A stretch of 58,635 bases of DNA, counting the filler, from Squatina squatina (taxonomy: Eukaryota): NCBI GenBank assembly GCA_031763465.1. It is 3 parts of 3 records of this genome, joined end to end, with 100 filler letters (N's around TTAATTAATTAA, not from the genome) between each part and the next. Parts side by side here need not be neighbours in the genome. Positions count along the whole stretch, not along the records: positions 1 to 24,155 come from JARFOE010000149.1; positions 24,256 to 39,302 come from JARFOE010000192.1; 1 more part is not named here. One strand, written 5' to 3'. Under the pieces are notes generated by a model that saw only the letters and a program-made list of their open reading frames with translations, had not been told where the DNA came from and ran no database searches. Shown one piece after another: positions 13,219-25,520 of this stretch; positions within the stretch are counted from its first letter, which is position 1; each line of letters starts with the position of its first letter. A program made the position numbers and the translations under genes.

Positions 13219-13664
13219 GTAAGTGAATAGGAAATAACTTTATTATAATATGAATTATTCTGTGGATTTGTAAGCTAGGTCAAGAGAATATTTTTCAGCC
13301 TAGTCAATTTTATTATATGTTGATTCCAAATAAACACGTTTCACTATTAGTATTATAACAAAGCACTGCCTATTGAATGAAATTTAAAGTCCATGCTTTA
13401 CAATTTAGTGTTTAATAGCTAGTGCAATCTTAACATTCTGATCAAAATAATAGAGGTATAATAGAATGCCTGGACATCAGTTTAAAATTACAGTTTACTG
13501 TTTCATAATTTGAATTTCCAGTGTCGTTTCTTCATTCCATTCTGGTATGTGGGGGTCTCGTTGAGAAATATTATTAGAAAAGAACACCTTTTTCCTCAAA
13601 TTTATATTCTTACCCTTTTGAGCTCATCAATGTGGCAGATGTCAGTGTTGGAAAATGGAATACT

Positions 13665-14110
13665 AACAACAACTTGCATTTATATAGCGCCCAAAATGTA
13701 GTGAAACTTCCCAAGGTGCTTCCCAGGAGCGTAATCAAACAAAACTCGACACCGAGCCACATAAGGAGATATTAGGACAGATGAGAGGTCAGTTTTAAGG
13801 AGCATCTTACAGGAGGACAGAGAGAGGTAGGGTGATTTGGAAAGGGAATCCCAGAGCTCAGGGCTGAGACGGTGATGGCACAGCCCCCAATAGTGGGACG
13901 AAGGAAATCAGAGATGCACAAGAGGTTATAATTGGAGGAACACAGAGTTCTCGGAGGGTTGTAGGGCTGAAGGAGGTGACTGAGATAGGAAAGGGCAAGC
14001 ACTTGGAGGGATTTGAACACAAAGATGAGAAATTTTAAATTTGAGGTATTGGCGGACCTTGTAGATCAGTGAACACAGGGGTGATGGGAGAATGGGACTA
14101 GGTTAAAGGT
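13665..14110 (-). mobile_element. L2 LINE 3' portion
   Basis: (CAA)n tail plus LLQPYNPPRTLCSS. Confidence 0.85.
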
Positions 14111-14151
14111 GATTTGTTGTTGGCTCCCTTCCACTATTCAGTTTCATTTAG

Positions 14152-14331
14152 GAACCAATTTTCTCCTGGCTCCTCTGCCTCCCCCATACACAACTATCTA
14201 ATTTTGATCATAACCACACAATCAAGCACAAAGGGAAAGATGCAAAAAGATTCTGTGCATGGTCCATCCTTCTTGAAGATTATGGTTCTGTTTTTGCAGC
14301 AACTTGCTTCAGAAAATTACTTTCTATCACG
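14152..14331 (+). pseudogene. Exon-like block 6 of unidentified disabled gene (open frame)
   Basis: Bounded by tttcatttag and gtaagc, 180 nt, phase 0>0, no stop. Reads EPIFSWLLCLPHTQLSNFDHNHTIKHKGKDAKRFCAWSILLEDYGSVFAATCFRKLLSIT. Confidence 0.5.
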
Positions 14332-14739
14332 GTAAGCTGTGAGAGATTTTATAATTAAGTCTTTATTTAAATTACTAACAGTCAGGATTGAGAAATTATT
14401 GTGGCTTCGCATTGCAAGTTATATATAAAGTAGGATATATTATAAAATACTTTACTTNNNNNNNNNNNNNNNNNNNNNNNNNNNNNNNNNNNNNNNNNNN
14501 NNNNNNNNNNNNNNNNNNNNNNNNNNNNNNNNNNNNNNNNNNNNNNNNNNNNNNNNNCCGCGAGAGAGTTACGGCCAGTTTCACGAGGGCGACACGTACG
14601 TCATTCAGTGGAAGTATACCGTCAGCAGTCTGGGTAAGGGAACGGCTTAATCCTGGGAACTGCATCACAAACTAAACCGACTGCTAAATAATTCATGCGC
14701 CATCTGGTGATCATACACAGTGCTGCAGTTTAGTGAGCA

Positions 14740-15850
14740 ATAACAACAACAATTTTCATTTATAAAGCACCTTTAACGTAATAAAACATCCCAAGGTACT
14801 TTACTGGAGCCTTTATCAAACAAAAATTTGACACCACAGCACAGAAGGAAATATTAGGACAGGTGACCAAAAGCTTGGTCCAAGTGATAAGTTTCAAGGC
14901 GTGACTTAGAGGAGGAGAAAGAGGCGGAGAGGTGAAGAGGTTTAGGGAGGGAATTCCAGAGCTTGGGGCCTTGACGGCTGAAGACACGGCCACCAATGAG
15001 GGAACGATTAAAATCAGGGCTGCACAAGAGGCCAGAATTGGAGGAGCGCAGAGATCTCGGAGGGTTGCGCGATGGCGCAGCGGTCTGAAGGTCCCGCACA
15101 GGCCACTCACTGGATTTTATATGGGAGGAACTGGGCATGCGCAAAAATTTGAATATGTCGCGCAGCCAGTTAAAGGGATCATGCACCAAAAAGACAATGA
15201 GGGGCTGGAGGAGGTTATAGGGATAGAGAGGGACAAGGCCATGGAGTGATTGGAAAACAAGGATGAGAAGTTTAAAATTGATGTGTAGCCGGACCAGGAG
15301 CCAATGTAAGTCAGCGAGCACAAGGGTGATGGGTGAGCGGGAATTGGCGCGAGTTGGGATACGGGCAGCAGAGTTTTGGATGAGCTCAAGTTTACGGAGT
15401 GGGGATGATTGGAGGCCTCCCAGGACCATATTGGAATAGTCAAGTCTCGAGGTAACAAAAGCATGGGTGAGAGTATCAGCAGCGGTGAGCTGAGGCTGGG
15501 GTGGAGACAGAGGTAGATGTTACAGAGATAGGCGGTCTTGGTGATGGAGCGTATATGTGGCTGGAAGCTCCTCTCAGGGTTAACTAGGTTGCGAAAAGTT
15601 TGGCTCAGCCTCAGACAGTGACCAGGGAGAGGGATGGAGTCAGGGAACAGAGTTTGTGTTGTTGACCTAAGGCAATGGCTTTGGTCTTCCCACTATTCAG
15701 CCGGAGGAGATTTCTGCTCATCCAGTACTGGATGTCGGACAAGCAGCATGCAAATCAGAGACAGTGGAGGGGTCGAGAGAAGAGGTGGTGAGGTCGAGCT
15801 GGGTGGAGTCAGCTGGGTGGCGTCACCGAGGGGCAGCATGTCGATTCCAG
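14740..15850 (-). mobile_element. L2 LINE 3' portion of ORF2 with internal insertions
   Basis: Reads KLELIQNSAARI...ITLVLADLHWL...FKLLILVF...PPRSLRSS...KLWNSLP. Confidence 0.9.
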
Positions 15851-16574
15851 GTTAACTTACATGCTGTAGGGTGGAGGAAGGGGCTGAGGGAGTGAAACAT
15901 TTTACCTAAAGGTGTTTTTATGCCGGTAATGCGTTGCTAGCAGCTGACCCCGATGAGATATAAAGGAGGCGAATTCCATAGTGCTCACAGCCTCCAGCAT
16001 CTGATTCTACGAGGGTCGCAGAAGAGGCTGTCAGGTGTACCAGGAAACACTGGTTTCCTTCCAATGAGCTCTGGAGCAGGCCCAATNNNNNNNNNNNNNN
16101 NNNNNNNNNNNNNNNNNNNNNNNNNNNNNNNNNNNNNNNNNNNNNNNNNNNNNNNNNNNNNNNNNNNNNNNNNNNNNNNNNNNNNNNNNNNNNNNNNNNN
16201 NNNNNNNNNNNNNNNNNNNNNNNNNNNNNNNNNNNNNNNNNNNNNNNNNNNNNNNNNNNNNNNNNNNNNNNNNNNNNNNNNNNNNNNNNNNNNNNNNNNN
16301 NNNNNNNNNNNNNNNNNNNNNNNNNNNNNNNNNNNNNNNNNNNNNNNNNNNNNNNNNNNNNNNNNNNNNNNNNNNNNNNNNNNNNNNNNNNTAACGCTGA
16401 ATTTGGGCGCTAAATTTAATGCTGGGAAATTCGTCTTCCCTTAACGCTGGGGCTAAATGGACGTTAAACCTTTAAGGCTGAAAATTCAGCGTTACAAGCC
16501 CTCAATGACGTCATCAGTAGGTTCAACACCCAAAATGGCCACCCGCTGGAGAATTCGATAAGGCTGAGGGTGTA

Positions 16575-16725
16575 AAAGATCTCATAACACTATTTTGAAG
16601 AAGAGCCGGTGAGTTATTCCTGGTGTCCTGGGCCAATATTTATCCATCAAAACAGATGGTCTGGACATTACCACAGTGCTGTTTGTGGGAGCTTGCTGTG
16701 CACAAGTTGGCTGCTGCGTTTCCTT
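16575..16725 (+). mobile_element. DeuSINE fragment fused to a CR1 fragment (16730-16870)
   Basis: SINE core followed directly by CR1 ORF2 text reading LRGDPVEIFKMMKGFDKVD. Confidence 0.75.
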
Positions 16726-17559
16726 GAAAAGTGGGCTGAGGGGTGACCCAGTAGAGATCTTTAAAATGATGAAAGGTTTTGATAAAGTTGATACAGAGAG
16801 AATGTTTCCACTTGTGGGGAAGAACAAAACTAGAGGCCATCAATATAATATCAGTTTTTTGGGCATTGACATCCTTCAGCTCATGATTTCTAGTGCTGTT
16901 TAAAGGGCTGGGAGTGGGCTTCATTCTAACTTTAACTTTCTGCTCGCTGACGGTCAGATCGCGTGATTTACAACTTTTCAGCCTTACTTTGAGACAGTGC
17001 TGACTTTTCTTTGCATTTTCCTGACAATTGTGCTTTTGGAAAAAATCGGGCCTACTTGCTATGGGTACTCCCCTAGTGGTCGATTGAGAACTCCACCGAC
17101 ATCACACGAGGTACCTGAGACACAGAAGACATCTTAGAAACCGACGGAGAGCGAGAAGGGCACAGGCCAAGGAGNNNNNNNNNNNNNNNNNNNNNNNNNN
17201 NNNNNNNNNNNNNNNNNNNNNNNNNNNNNNNNNNNNNNNNNNNNNNNNNNNNNNNNNNNNNNNNNNNNNNNNNNGCAGGCTCAGCTTGGTGCGACGTGAG
17301 CGCTAACTGCTGCCATCGCCGCTGGGTCCACCACGGTCCACCGGGGAACAAACGGTGCAGCGGCAGCCCACCAGCCTGTGCTCCATCAGGTTGGTGGGGA
17401 TGCTGAGGGGCTGCCCCGGGGGAGTGCCAGGGAGTCTTTGGAGCAGGTATATGGCCTCATGTCTCAGCACGGCACCAGTCCTGATCCTGACACTGACACT
17501 CCGTCATTGTCGATGCTCATGCCCATCACCCGGGCACCCCAGACTGCCGCAGCCCAGCC

Positions 17560-17835
17560 TGTTAAACTGTCTGTCCTCTCAGGTGGAGCTAAAAGATCCC
17601 ACGGCACCATTTCAAAGAAGAGCAGGGAAGGTCTCCCTGATGTCCTGGCCCAATACGTATCCCTCAACCAACATAATAAAAATCAAATTACCTAGCCATT
17701 TTTCTCACTGCTGTTTGTGGGAGCTTGCTGTGCACAAATTGGCTGCAGTGTTTCCTATCATACAACAGTGACGACACTTCAACAGTAATTAGTTGGGAAC
17801 GTGAAAGGCATTGAACAAATACAAGTTCTTTTTTC
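17560..17835 (+). mobile_element. DeuSINE, 5'-truncated
   Basis: ctgtcctctcaggtgga...aaagatccc...gagcttgctgtgcacaaattggctgc. Confidence 0.8.
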
Positions 17836-17961
17836 CTTTAACCTTTTATAACTACATCACTTCACCATGGCAGTTTTCAGTTCCAATTAACTCCAATTTT
17901 GAAGTTTGAGTTTAATTTTGCCGACTTTAAGGTAAAGAAGCATGTTTATGCAGTATTTACA

Positions 17962-18144
17962 ATAACTTGCATTTCTATAGCGCCTTCAATGTCGAAAATG
18001 TCCCACGGCGCTTCACAGAAGCATAATTAAACAAAAATCAATGCCAAGGCAAAGAAGGAGGGTGACTAAAGCCTTGGTGAAAGAGGTGGGTTTTAAGGAT
18101 GGTCTTAGAAGAGGAGGGAGAGGTGGAGAAGAGGAGATGTTTAG
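17962..18144 (-). mobile_element. L2 3' end
   Basis: Same 3' terminus as the copies at 4410 and 14740. Confidence 0.8.
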
Positions 18145-18244
18145 NNNNNNNNNNNNNNNNNNNNNNNNNNNNNNNNNNNNNNNNNNNNNNNNNNNNNNNN
18201 NNNNNNNNNNNNNNNNNNNNNNNNNNNNNNNNNNNNNNNNNNNN

Positions 18245-18830
18245 TATAAAGCTAGGTGGGAAAGTAAGGAGGACACTAAGAGCCTGCAAAGGGATATAGG
18301 CAGGTTAAGTGAGTGGTCAATAAGGTGGGAAATGGAATATAATGTGGGGAAATGTGAGGTTATTCACTTTGGTAGGAAGAATAGAAAAACAGAATATTTT
18401 TTAAACGGTGAGAAACTATTAAATGTTGTTGTTCAGCGAGATTTAGGTGTCCTCATACAGGAAACACAAAAAGTTAGCATGCAGGTACAGCAAACAATTA
18501 GGAAGGCAAATGGCATTTTGGCCTTTATTGCAAGGGGTTTGGAGTACAAGAGTAAGGAAGACTTGCTACAATTGTGCAGGGCTTTGCTGAGACATAAGTT
18601 TAAAAGAATGAGAGGTGATCTCATTGAAATATGTAAGATTCTGAGGGGGGTTGACAGGGTAGATGCTGAGAGGTTGTTTCCCCTGGTTGGTGAGTCTGCA
18701 ACTAGCGGGGCAGTCTCAGGATAAGGGGTCAGCCATTTAAGACTGAGATGCGGAGGAATGACTTTACTCAGAGGATTGGAAATCTTTGGAATTCTCTACC
18801 CCAATGGGCTGTGGATGCTGAATCGTTGGT
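18245..18830 (+). mobile_element. CR1 ORF2 fragment with internal deletion
   Basis: LQRDIGRLSEWS...KCEVIHFGRKN...MRGDLIE; the RPHLEY segment is missing. Confidence 0.9.
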
Positions 18831-19459
18831 CGGAATTTTCCCATTGCCGGGCGTGCATGTTTGGAGGTGGGTTGGCAGTAAAAGTTGCAGAAAGAGCATC
18901 AGGAATGCACCGTCATCCCGCCTCCTCATGCCTTTATCACAGGCGCGTTTGTCAGCGTGCCATCGGCACGAATGGCAGAGGCGGACAGCCTAATTAATCT
19001 AATTAAATCCTTGTTGTGAAACCCTTAACAGGGATTTTAAGCAGACCTTTTGAATTTCATTGCATGACCATGGGAATCAGGTAGCCCGAGAACCATGAAT
19101 GTCAACCTGAGGCGGAAGCTCAGTGGCCATTGATCATGGTGATTAATGCAGAGCATGGAAATCCAAATAAATACTCCCACCTGACACCTGCTTACTTGCC
19201 TAAGGGAATGGCTGTTGCTGACTCCATTTTGAGGATAGATTTAGGTGTCTAGGGCGCCCAATTCGTCCTTTTTATCCAGTGCTAATCTAGCATTAAATCG
19301 GCGGTAAGGGCTTAACACTGACTTTGGGCACAAAATTTATCGATGGGCACTTTGGGGGGNNNNNNNNNNNNNNNNNNNNNNNNNNNNNNNNNNNNNNNNN
19401 NNNNNNNNNNNNNNNNNNNNNNNNNNNNNNNNNNNNNNNNNNNNNNNNNNNNNNNNNNN

Positions 19460-19660
19460 CCCTAAACCTCTTTACCTCGCTACCTACCATTCTTCCTTGA
19501 AGACGCTCCTTAAAACCTACCTCTTTGACCAAGCTTTTGGTTATCTGCCATAATATCTCATGTGGCTGAGTGTCAAATTGTGTTTGACAACACTCCTGAG
19601 AAGCTCCTTGAGATGTTTTACTACATTATAAGGTGCTATATAAATGCAAGTTGTTGTAGC
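19460..19660 (+). mobile_element. L2 3' end
   Basis: ccttaaaacctacctctttgaccaagc...ctatataaatgcaagttgttg. Confidence 0.85.
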
Positions 19661-19719
19661 TGTTATTTCTATTTGTCATATTAAATACTAGTGACAAATT
19701 TGAATTGAGCAGGATGTAA

Positions 19720-19990
19720 TCAGAGCACAGAAAGAGGCCATTCAGCCCATCATGTGTGTGCTGGCTCATTTCTCCTCCTCCACACTCTCCTTATGGCCCT
19801 GTATCTCCCACTGCTTTCAATATTTATCTGATTCGTGCTTAAAAGATTCAATGGTCTTTGTCTTAGCCACGCCCTGTGGTAAACCATTCCATGTTCCAAC
19901 ACACCTCTAACTTTTCGTCACGGTCTCATAGTAACAATTTTAAATGGATAACCACTTGATCTGACTCCCCAATCAGAGAAAGGCTCCATT
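19720..19990 (-). mobile_element. Degenerate CR1 3' end
   Basis: gaggccattcagcccatc...aaaccattccatgttccaacac. Confidence 0.65.
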
Positions 19991-20460
19991 CCAGGTTGCA
20001 ATTGGGCCTCAGGACTGAGGAATCAACTGTTTTCAATCCCAAATTGGCCAATTTCCATTCCAGACAGGGTCGTCTGGGCTGGGAGATGGGCAGAAAAAAA
20101 ATCGGTAAGACTTTATCTTGGCCCAAAATGGCCCCTTGCTCTGTCTCTCAGAGCAGCAGGGCTTCTGTATGGGGTTCCTCTCTTAACACTGGGTGGGCCC
20201 TCATGTTGTGCAGCTGCAGGTGTCTGTCCCTATCATTTAAATGACACTGTTCCCTAGATTTGAGAGGGGGTTACCGCAAAGTCAAACTGGCAGGTGGTCA
20301 TTCCACCCTACTGTACTTCCGGCAACACTACATTGCTACAGAATTTTCACCCTGTTGTCTNNNNNNNNNNNNNNNNNNNNNNNNNNNNNNNNNNNNNNNN
20401 NNNNNNNNNNNNNNNNNNNNNNNNNNNNNNNNNNNNNNNNNNNNNNNNNNNNNNNNNNNN

Positions 20461-20665
20461 ATGATCATATTGAATGGCGGAGCAGGCTCGAAGGGCCGAA
20501 TGGCCTACTCCTGCTCCTATTTTCTATGTTTCTATACTGGCCTGGGAAGGGGTATGATGAAGATTCACAGGATGATACGAGGCTTAAAGGGTTATATTGT
20601 GAGGACAGGTTACATAAACTTGGCTTGAATTCCCTTGAGCTTAGAAGGTTGAAGGGCGATCTCAT
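20461..20665 (+). mobile_element. CR1 3' tip plus adjacent CR1 ORF2 fragment
   Basis: ggctcgaagggccgaatggcctactcctgctcctattttctatgtttctat; EDRLHKLGLNSLELRRLKGDLI. Confidence 0.8.
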
Positions 20666-20669
20666 CCTC

Positions 20670-22135
20670 AGTGAATTCAATCTCGATCTCAATTCATCAT
20701 GCTCTCTCTCCTCTGAGTTCACTGCCCTACGATCCTCCTTCAATCCCTCCCTCCATATAAACTCGACTACTCGTATCCACGGCAACCCCTTGACCTTGCC
20801 ATCTCACATGCCTTCCCTACTCCCATCGTGTTGGTCACAGGTAAGGCCATATTTTATCACTTCCTGTATCACTCTCCACCCACATTGCCCTTGACCCTCC
20901 CAACCCTACTTCCTTCTATGTCTGTCCCTGGAAAAAACTCTCTCCCAATTCACTTACAACTGTACTTTTAAAATCCCAACTGTCCAGCCTTTGGCCCTGC
21001 ATTCACCATGACATTTCTGCAGCTACTGATCTGCTCAACCACACCCTCACCTCCAACTTTGATGCCCTAATCCCCATTGAAACCAATACTCTCTCTCACT
21101 CTGGCCATTCCCCCAGGTACTGTCCTCATCTCTGCTACCTTAAGTCCAAGGGATGCAAAATTGAATGGATATTATAGTCAACTGGTTTAACCATTCACCG
21201 CCAGATCTGGCTGGACCACATAAAGCATTATCAGGTCATACTCTTGTCTGCCAAAACTGCTCACTATTCCAGGATCATTCTGGAATGCAAAGATAAGCCC
21301 CGGCTACTATTCTCTACTGCTAACTGTCTTCTTAAACGTCTCTCCACTTTCTCCACTATATTCGCCTACAACAACAAGTGCGAGGAGCTCATGGAATTCT
21401 CCATCTCCAAGATTGACACTATCCAAACAACTGCTTTTGCCACTTTATTTCCTTCCCCTCGCCCACCGGGTCAAACTTCCTCTAAGGATCCCCCTGCCCT
21501 AGCCCTGACCACACATCTTTCTCCAGTTTCTCTCCGGCCTCCCCTCGTGACCTGTGCTCATCCTGTCCATGAGACCCACTTCCTGCTCCCTTGACCCTAT
21601 TCCCAGTAAACTGCTGACCATCCAACTTCCTTTTCTGGCTCCCATGTTGGATGGTTAATGTTAATGGTTCTCTCTCCTCAGGTACTGACCCCTCACCTTC
21701 AAATCTGCCATCATCGCCCTTCTCCTCAAAAAATCAACCCCTGACCCCAGTGTGCTTGCAAGCTACCGCGCCATCTGCAACCTCCCTTTCCTTGTCAAAA
21801 CTTTGAACATGTTGTCGCTTCCTAAATCTGTGCCTATCTTTCCCGCAACTCCATTTTTGAATCCCTTCAATCTGGTTTCCGCCCCTGCCACAGTACTGAA
21901 ACGGCTCTCATCAAAGTCACAAATGACATCCTGTGTGATTGTGACAAAGGTAAACAAAGTATCCCACCTCATCCATAAAACCTACCTCTTTGACCAAGCT
22001 TTTGGTCATCTGCCCTAATGTCTCCTTATATGGCTCGGTGTCAAATTTTGTTTTATAACACTCCCTTGAAGCGCCTTGGGAACTTTTACTACATTAAAGG
22101 CACTATATAAATGCAAGTTGTTGTTATTGTTGAAT
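20670..22135 (+). mobile_element. L2 LINE, internal ORF2 fused to 3' end (internal deletion near 21960)
   Basis: SAKTAHYSRII...PRLLFST, YRAICNLPFL and a [20 protein letters not shown] frame, then the L2 tail with (TTG)n. Confidence 0.88.
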
Positions 22136-22329
22136 AGTGGTCACTTGGGTGAGACACCAGAGAGAACTTAGCATGTGTGGAAATGGCCCCGGCAAGGAGT
22201 CAGTGCCTTCAGGAATGGAAAGGAGAAAGCAGTAAGGGAAAGAAAACATGTCAGTTCCTAGTCGTATATTTATTCAGAGAACTGTGATTGAAGGAAGCCA
22301 CTTAATGTGGCATTAAGAAATAATTAACA

Positions 22330-22470
22330 GCTTTGCATTTATACAGCATCTTATAACATCCCATCCCCAATACGCTTCCCTTACAATGAAATGCTTTGGA
22401 GCGCAGTCACGGTTGATAAGTAGGTGAACTTGGCTGCGTTTTTGCGCACAGCAAGATCCCACAAACAGCA
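22330..22470 (-). mobile_element. DeuSINE 3' fragment
   Basis: gcacagcaagatcccacaaacagcaa is the reverse complement of the SINE core. Confidence 0.7.
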
Positions 22471-22529
22471 ATTAAATTTGCGATGTTGCCTTGCAATCAT
22501 ACGATTGGTGTAAACTTTGAATTTTGTAG

Positions 22530-22677
22530 GTCAGCAAGCTGTAATGGAACCAAAATCAGCCACAAGTCAATATAAAGAAGATATAGTGTGAGCTGAATTC
22601 TTATGAGAATGGTAGATGAAGGTGCACCATCTGCTGAACGAGGCAGTGGTGAAGGTGGAAGATGAGGCTTGGCGATG
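22530..22677 (+). pseudogene. Exon-like block 7 (helical, charged) of disabled gene
   Basis: Bounded by attttgtag and gtaaat, phase 1>2. Reads QQAVMEPKSATSQYKEDIV*AEFL*EW*MKVHHLLNEAVVKVEDEAWR, with three stops. Confidence 0.35.
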
Positions 22678-22849
22678 GTAAATGAATGCTCTCTGGGCCA
22701 TTTTAAAGTAGCTCTTACCTGCATGTTCATCAGTGTGCTCAAGTTCCTTTTTACCCATTTGGAAGGAAAGGGCCTTGGACAATACAGCACAAGTATTTAG
22801 ACATTCCTTCCCCAGTGACAAAAAGGCAGTGCAAGTACTTGAATAGAAT

Positions 22850-23400
22850 AGAATTGAATGGTACAGCATAGGAGGAGGCCATTCGACCCATTGTGCCTGT
22901 GCTGGCTCTTGGAGAAAGCTCTCCAATTAGTCCCACTCCCCCGCTCTTTCAGTGTAGCCCTGCTAATGTTCCCTTTTCAAGTTTATATCCAATTCCCTTT
23001 TGAAAGTTATTGCTTAATCTGCTTTCACCACCCTTTCAGGCAGTGCATTCCAGCTCATAGCACCTGGCTCCGTAAAACAATCTCTCCTTATCTCCCCTCT
23101 GGTTCTTTTGCCAATGTTCTTAAATCTGGGCCCTCTTTTTCATGACCCAAACGCTAGTGCAAACAGCTTCTCTCTATCCACTCCAGCAATCCCTTAACAA
23201 TTTTGTAAACTTAAAGAATTCATTCTCTCCCGATCTTTCTCTGCACCATGCGTGAAAATCCTGGTCTCTCCTGTCTCTCCACAGAACAGTGGTTCCTCAT
23301 CCCTGGTACCATTGTTCAAATTTTGCCCTTTATCTCCTCTGGTCTAAAACAAACAACCCCAGCATCTCTGGTAGCTCCATAAAAATGAAAGCTCTCATCT
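22850..23400 (-). mobile_element. CR1 3' portion
   Basis: ggaggccattcgacccattgtgcctgtgctggctc...ctttcaggcagtgcattccag. Confidence 0.75.
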
Positions 23401-23553
23401 AACGAAGCTAAATCAAGGATGCAGTTTCAAAAGGTGCAGGACGCACAACGGGTACAGTACAGATAAAGACACTTGATAACGGAGAATGTATTGATTAATA
23501 TGCTGTATCAAGCACAGTCCTTTCATGTATACCTGGAACAACCATCATCCTAA
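23401..23553 (+). pseudogene. Possible terminal exon remnant of disabled gene
   Basis: Reads NEAKSRMQFQKVQDAQRVQYR*RHLITENVLINMLYQAQSFHVYLEQPSS*. The 5' side abuts a CR1 fragment and no acceptor is visible. Confidence 0.25.
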
Positions 23554-23759
23554 GGTGCATATGTTCTTATGAAGGAATACACCCAGATTAGCATTTGTAC
23601 GTAGAGAAAACATATTTATTATGGTTCACAATTAATTGTTTGAACCACAACATTGTTCCCTTTTAAGACTGGCAGCTAAACCAGCAGATACACGGGTTAC
23701 AGCGAGGATTTCACGCCACCTGGCGTTATTGTAATTTTTTTTCGAATTCTGCTTTTATT

Positions 23760-24155
23760 CAGTCTGTCTATTTACCTCACAGCTCTCCATCTCTCTATCA
23801 CTGTCTGTCTGTCTATCCATTCATCCATCTATCAATTATTTTCTAACTATATATCTATCCATCCACCCATCCATTTACCATCTATCGATCTATCCATTCA
23901 TTCAATTATTATTTATTTATCTATCTATCCAATTAACCATCCATTTATTATCTCTCTATTCATCTATCTGTTAATTTATTATCTATATATTTATCTCTCG
24001 ATCCATCTATCCATTTATCGTCTATCTATCCATTTATTATCCAATTGTCTATCTATCTACCCATTTATTATCTATCTTTCTGTCGAAATGCATATCTATC
24101 TTTCCATCTAATCTATATTCCTATATCTTTCTCTCTCTCTATCCATCTATCTATC
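23760..24155. repeat. Degenerate (ATCT/ATCC)n microsatellite
   Basis: Seen directly; runs into the gap. Confidence 0.95.
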
Positions 24156-24255
24156 NNNNNNNNNNNNNNNNNNNNNNNNNNNNNNNNNNNNNNNNNNNNT
24201 TAATTAATTAANNNNNNNNNNNNNNNNNNNNNNNNNNNNNNNNNNNNNNNNNNNN
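24156..24255. other. Artificial scaffold linker
   Basis: 44 N + TTAATTAATTAA + 44 N. Confidence 0.93.
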
Positions 24256-25029
24256 AAGAATATGCTTTATATCCTTTTATTCCATAATTCTCAAGATAGA
24301 AGTCATGTAAAATAGATAGCTATCTTGATAAGGAATGGCTGCATAATTTAACTGCATATAATATCAATAAATTTTATTAAGCTGACTCATCTCTTATTAT
24401 TTAATAATGTTACAGGGAACTGAAATCACAATATGAAAGTATTAATAAGTATATGAAAAATGACAGGATTTTACAGAAGTACTGGCATTTCTGTGATTCA
24501 ACTGAAATTAGTGTGAGCTGTAGAACATCTTATCTTGCCACAAAGATATAGGACTGTAATATGTTTGCCTGTAATAAACCAATGGCAAGCTATTTAGGAA
24601 TCCTCTTACTGATCTAATTATTTTTGAAATATGGCTCCTTATTGCTAATCCAGCGAGGCCTGCCAACAGGCAGTAAGCACATTGGACAGAAGAGTCAAAT
24701 GGATACCAATGCCCTTGATTGACAAGCCACTCAACACACTGTAATGCATAATTTTTGACCCCTGACATACAGCAAATCTGGAAACCACTATATATTACTG
24801 ATTCGTTATTCAAGGCCCAGAAGTCATTAATGTGTTCAGTAAGTGAAGTAGAGCTTCTGGCTGAGGTGCTTATATTTATTTGCATGAGTGGATACATCTA
24901 AGGAAATCACTGAGTAGGGATAAAACTTGNNNNNNNNNNNNNNNNNNNNNNNNNNNNNNNNNNNNNNNNNNNNNNNNNNNNNNNNNNNNNNNNNNNNNNN
25001 NNNNNNNNNNNNNNNNNNNNNNNNNNNNN

Positions 25030-25520
25030 CCACACTTGTAATAGCTCATTTTCAGTGTCAGAACGGCTGATTGGCAGTAATTAACACTTATCATCAATGT
25101 TCTCTCTACTTTTGTTTTCCATGTGCAGTCCCTTTAAATTTCTGCACGGTATCTCTTCCAGCTTGTGAGCAGCCTGACCTCTGGGTTAATGCGTGGCCGC
25201 ATGCCTATGCACCTTAGGGAGAATGTTCCTATCATATCCTTAAAAGGGTACTAAGACTTGAAATGACTTGATTTAAATTTCTGTGGCGAGTTTAGTTCAT
25301 CTCTACCACGCAGATACAGCAACTTTACCCCGCTGAATGCAATTCAATGGTGAACCAGACAGCGAGATGCCGTTTTCGTGAGTGGCACAACTCATACAGC
25401 AACTTTTGGATTTTTCAGTTTAACTGCACATCTGCCCCTTGCCTGAAGTTGCTGTAGAATTTGTGCTTGAATAGTGCTGAGCGCCATTAGCCTCACCGTT
25501 ATTTTGACAGGAAAGTCTGA
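25030..25520 (-). mobile_element. Same MITE family, reverse copy
   Basis: Reverse complement of 27312-27660. Confidence 0.75.
25095..25227. mobile_element. Short hAT-like MITE nested in another MITE
   Basis: Ends caatgttctctcta and tagggagaatgtt; 8-bp TSD cttatcat (25087-94) / cctatcat (25228-35). Confidence 0.7.

Noticed and set aside
23711-23729. CTCF-like motif cgccacctggcg
   Set aside because: A single motif match without supporting context.
24200-24211. TTAATTAATTAA as a biological palindrome or homeodomain site
   Set aside because: It is centred in exactly 44 N on each side, twice; this is a synthetic linker.
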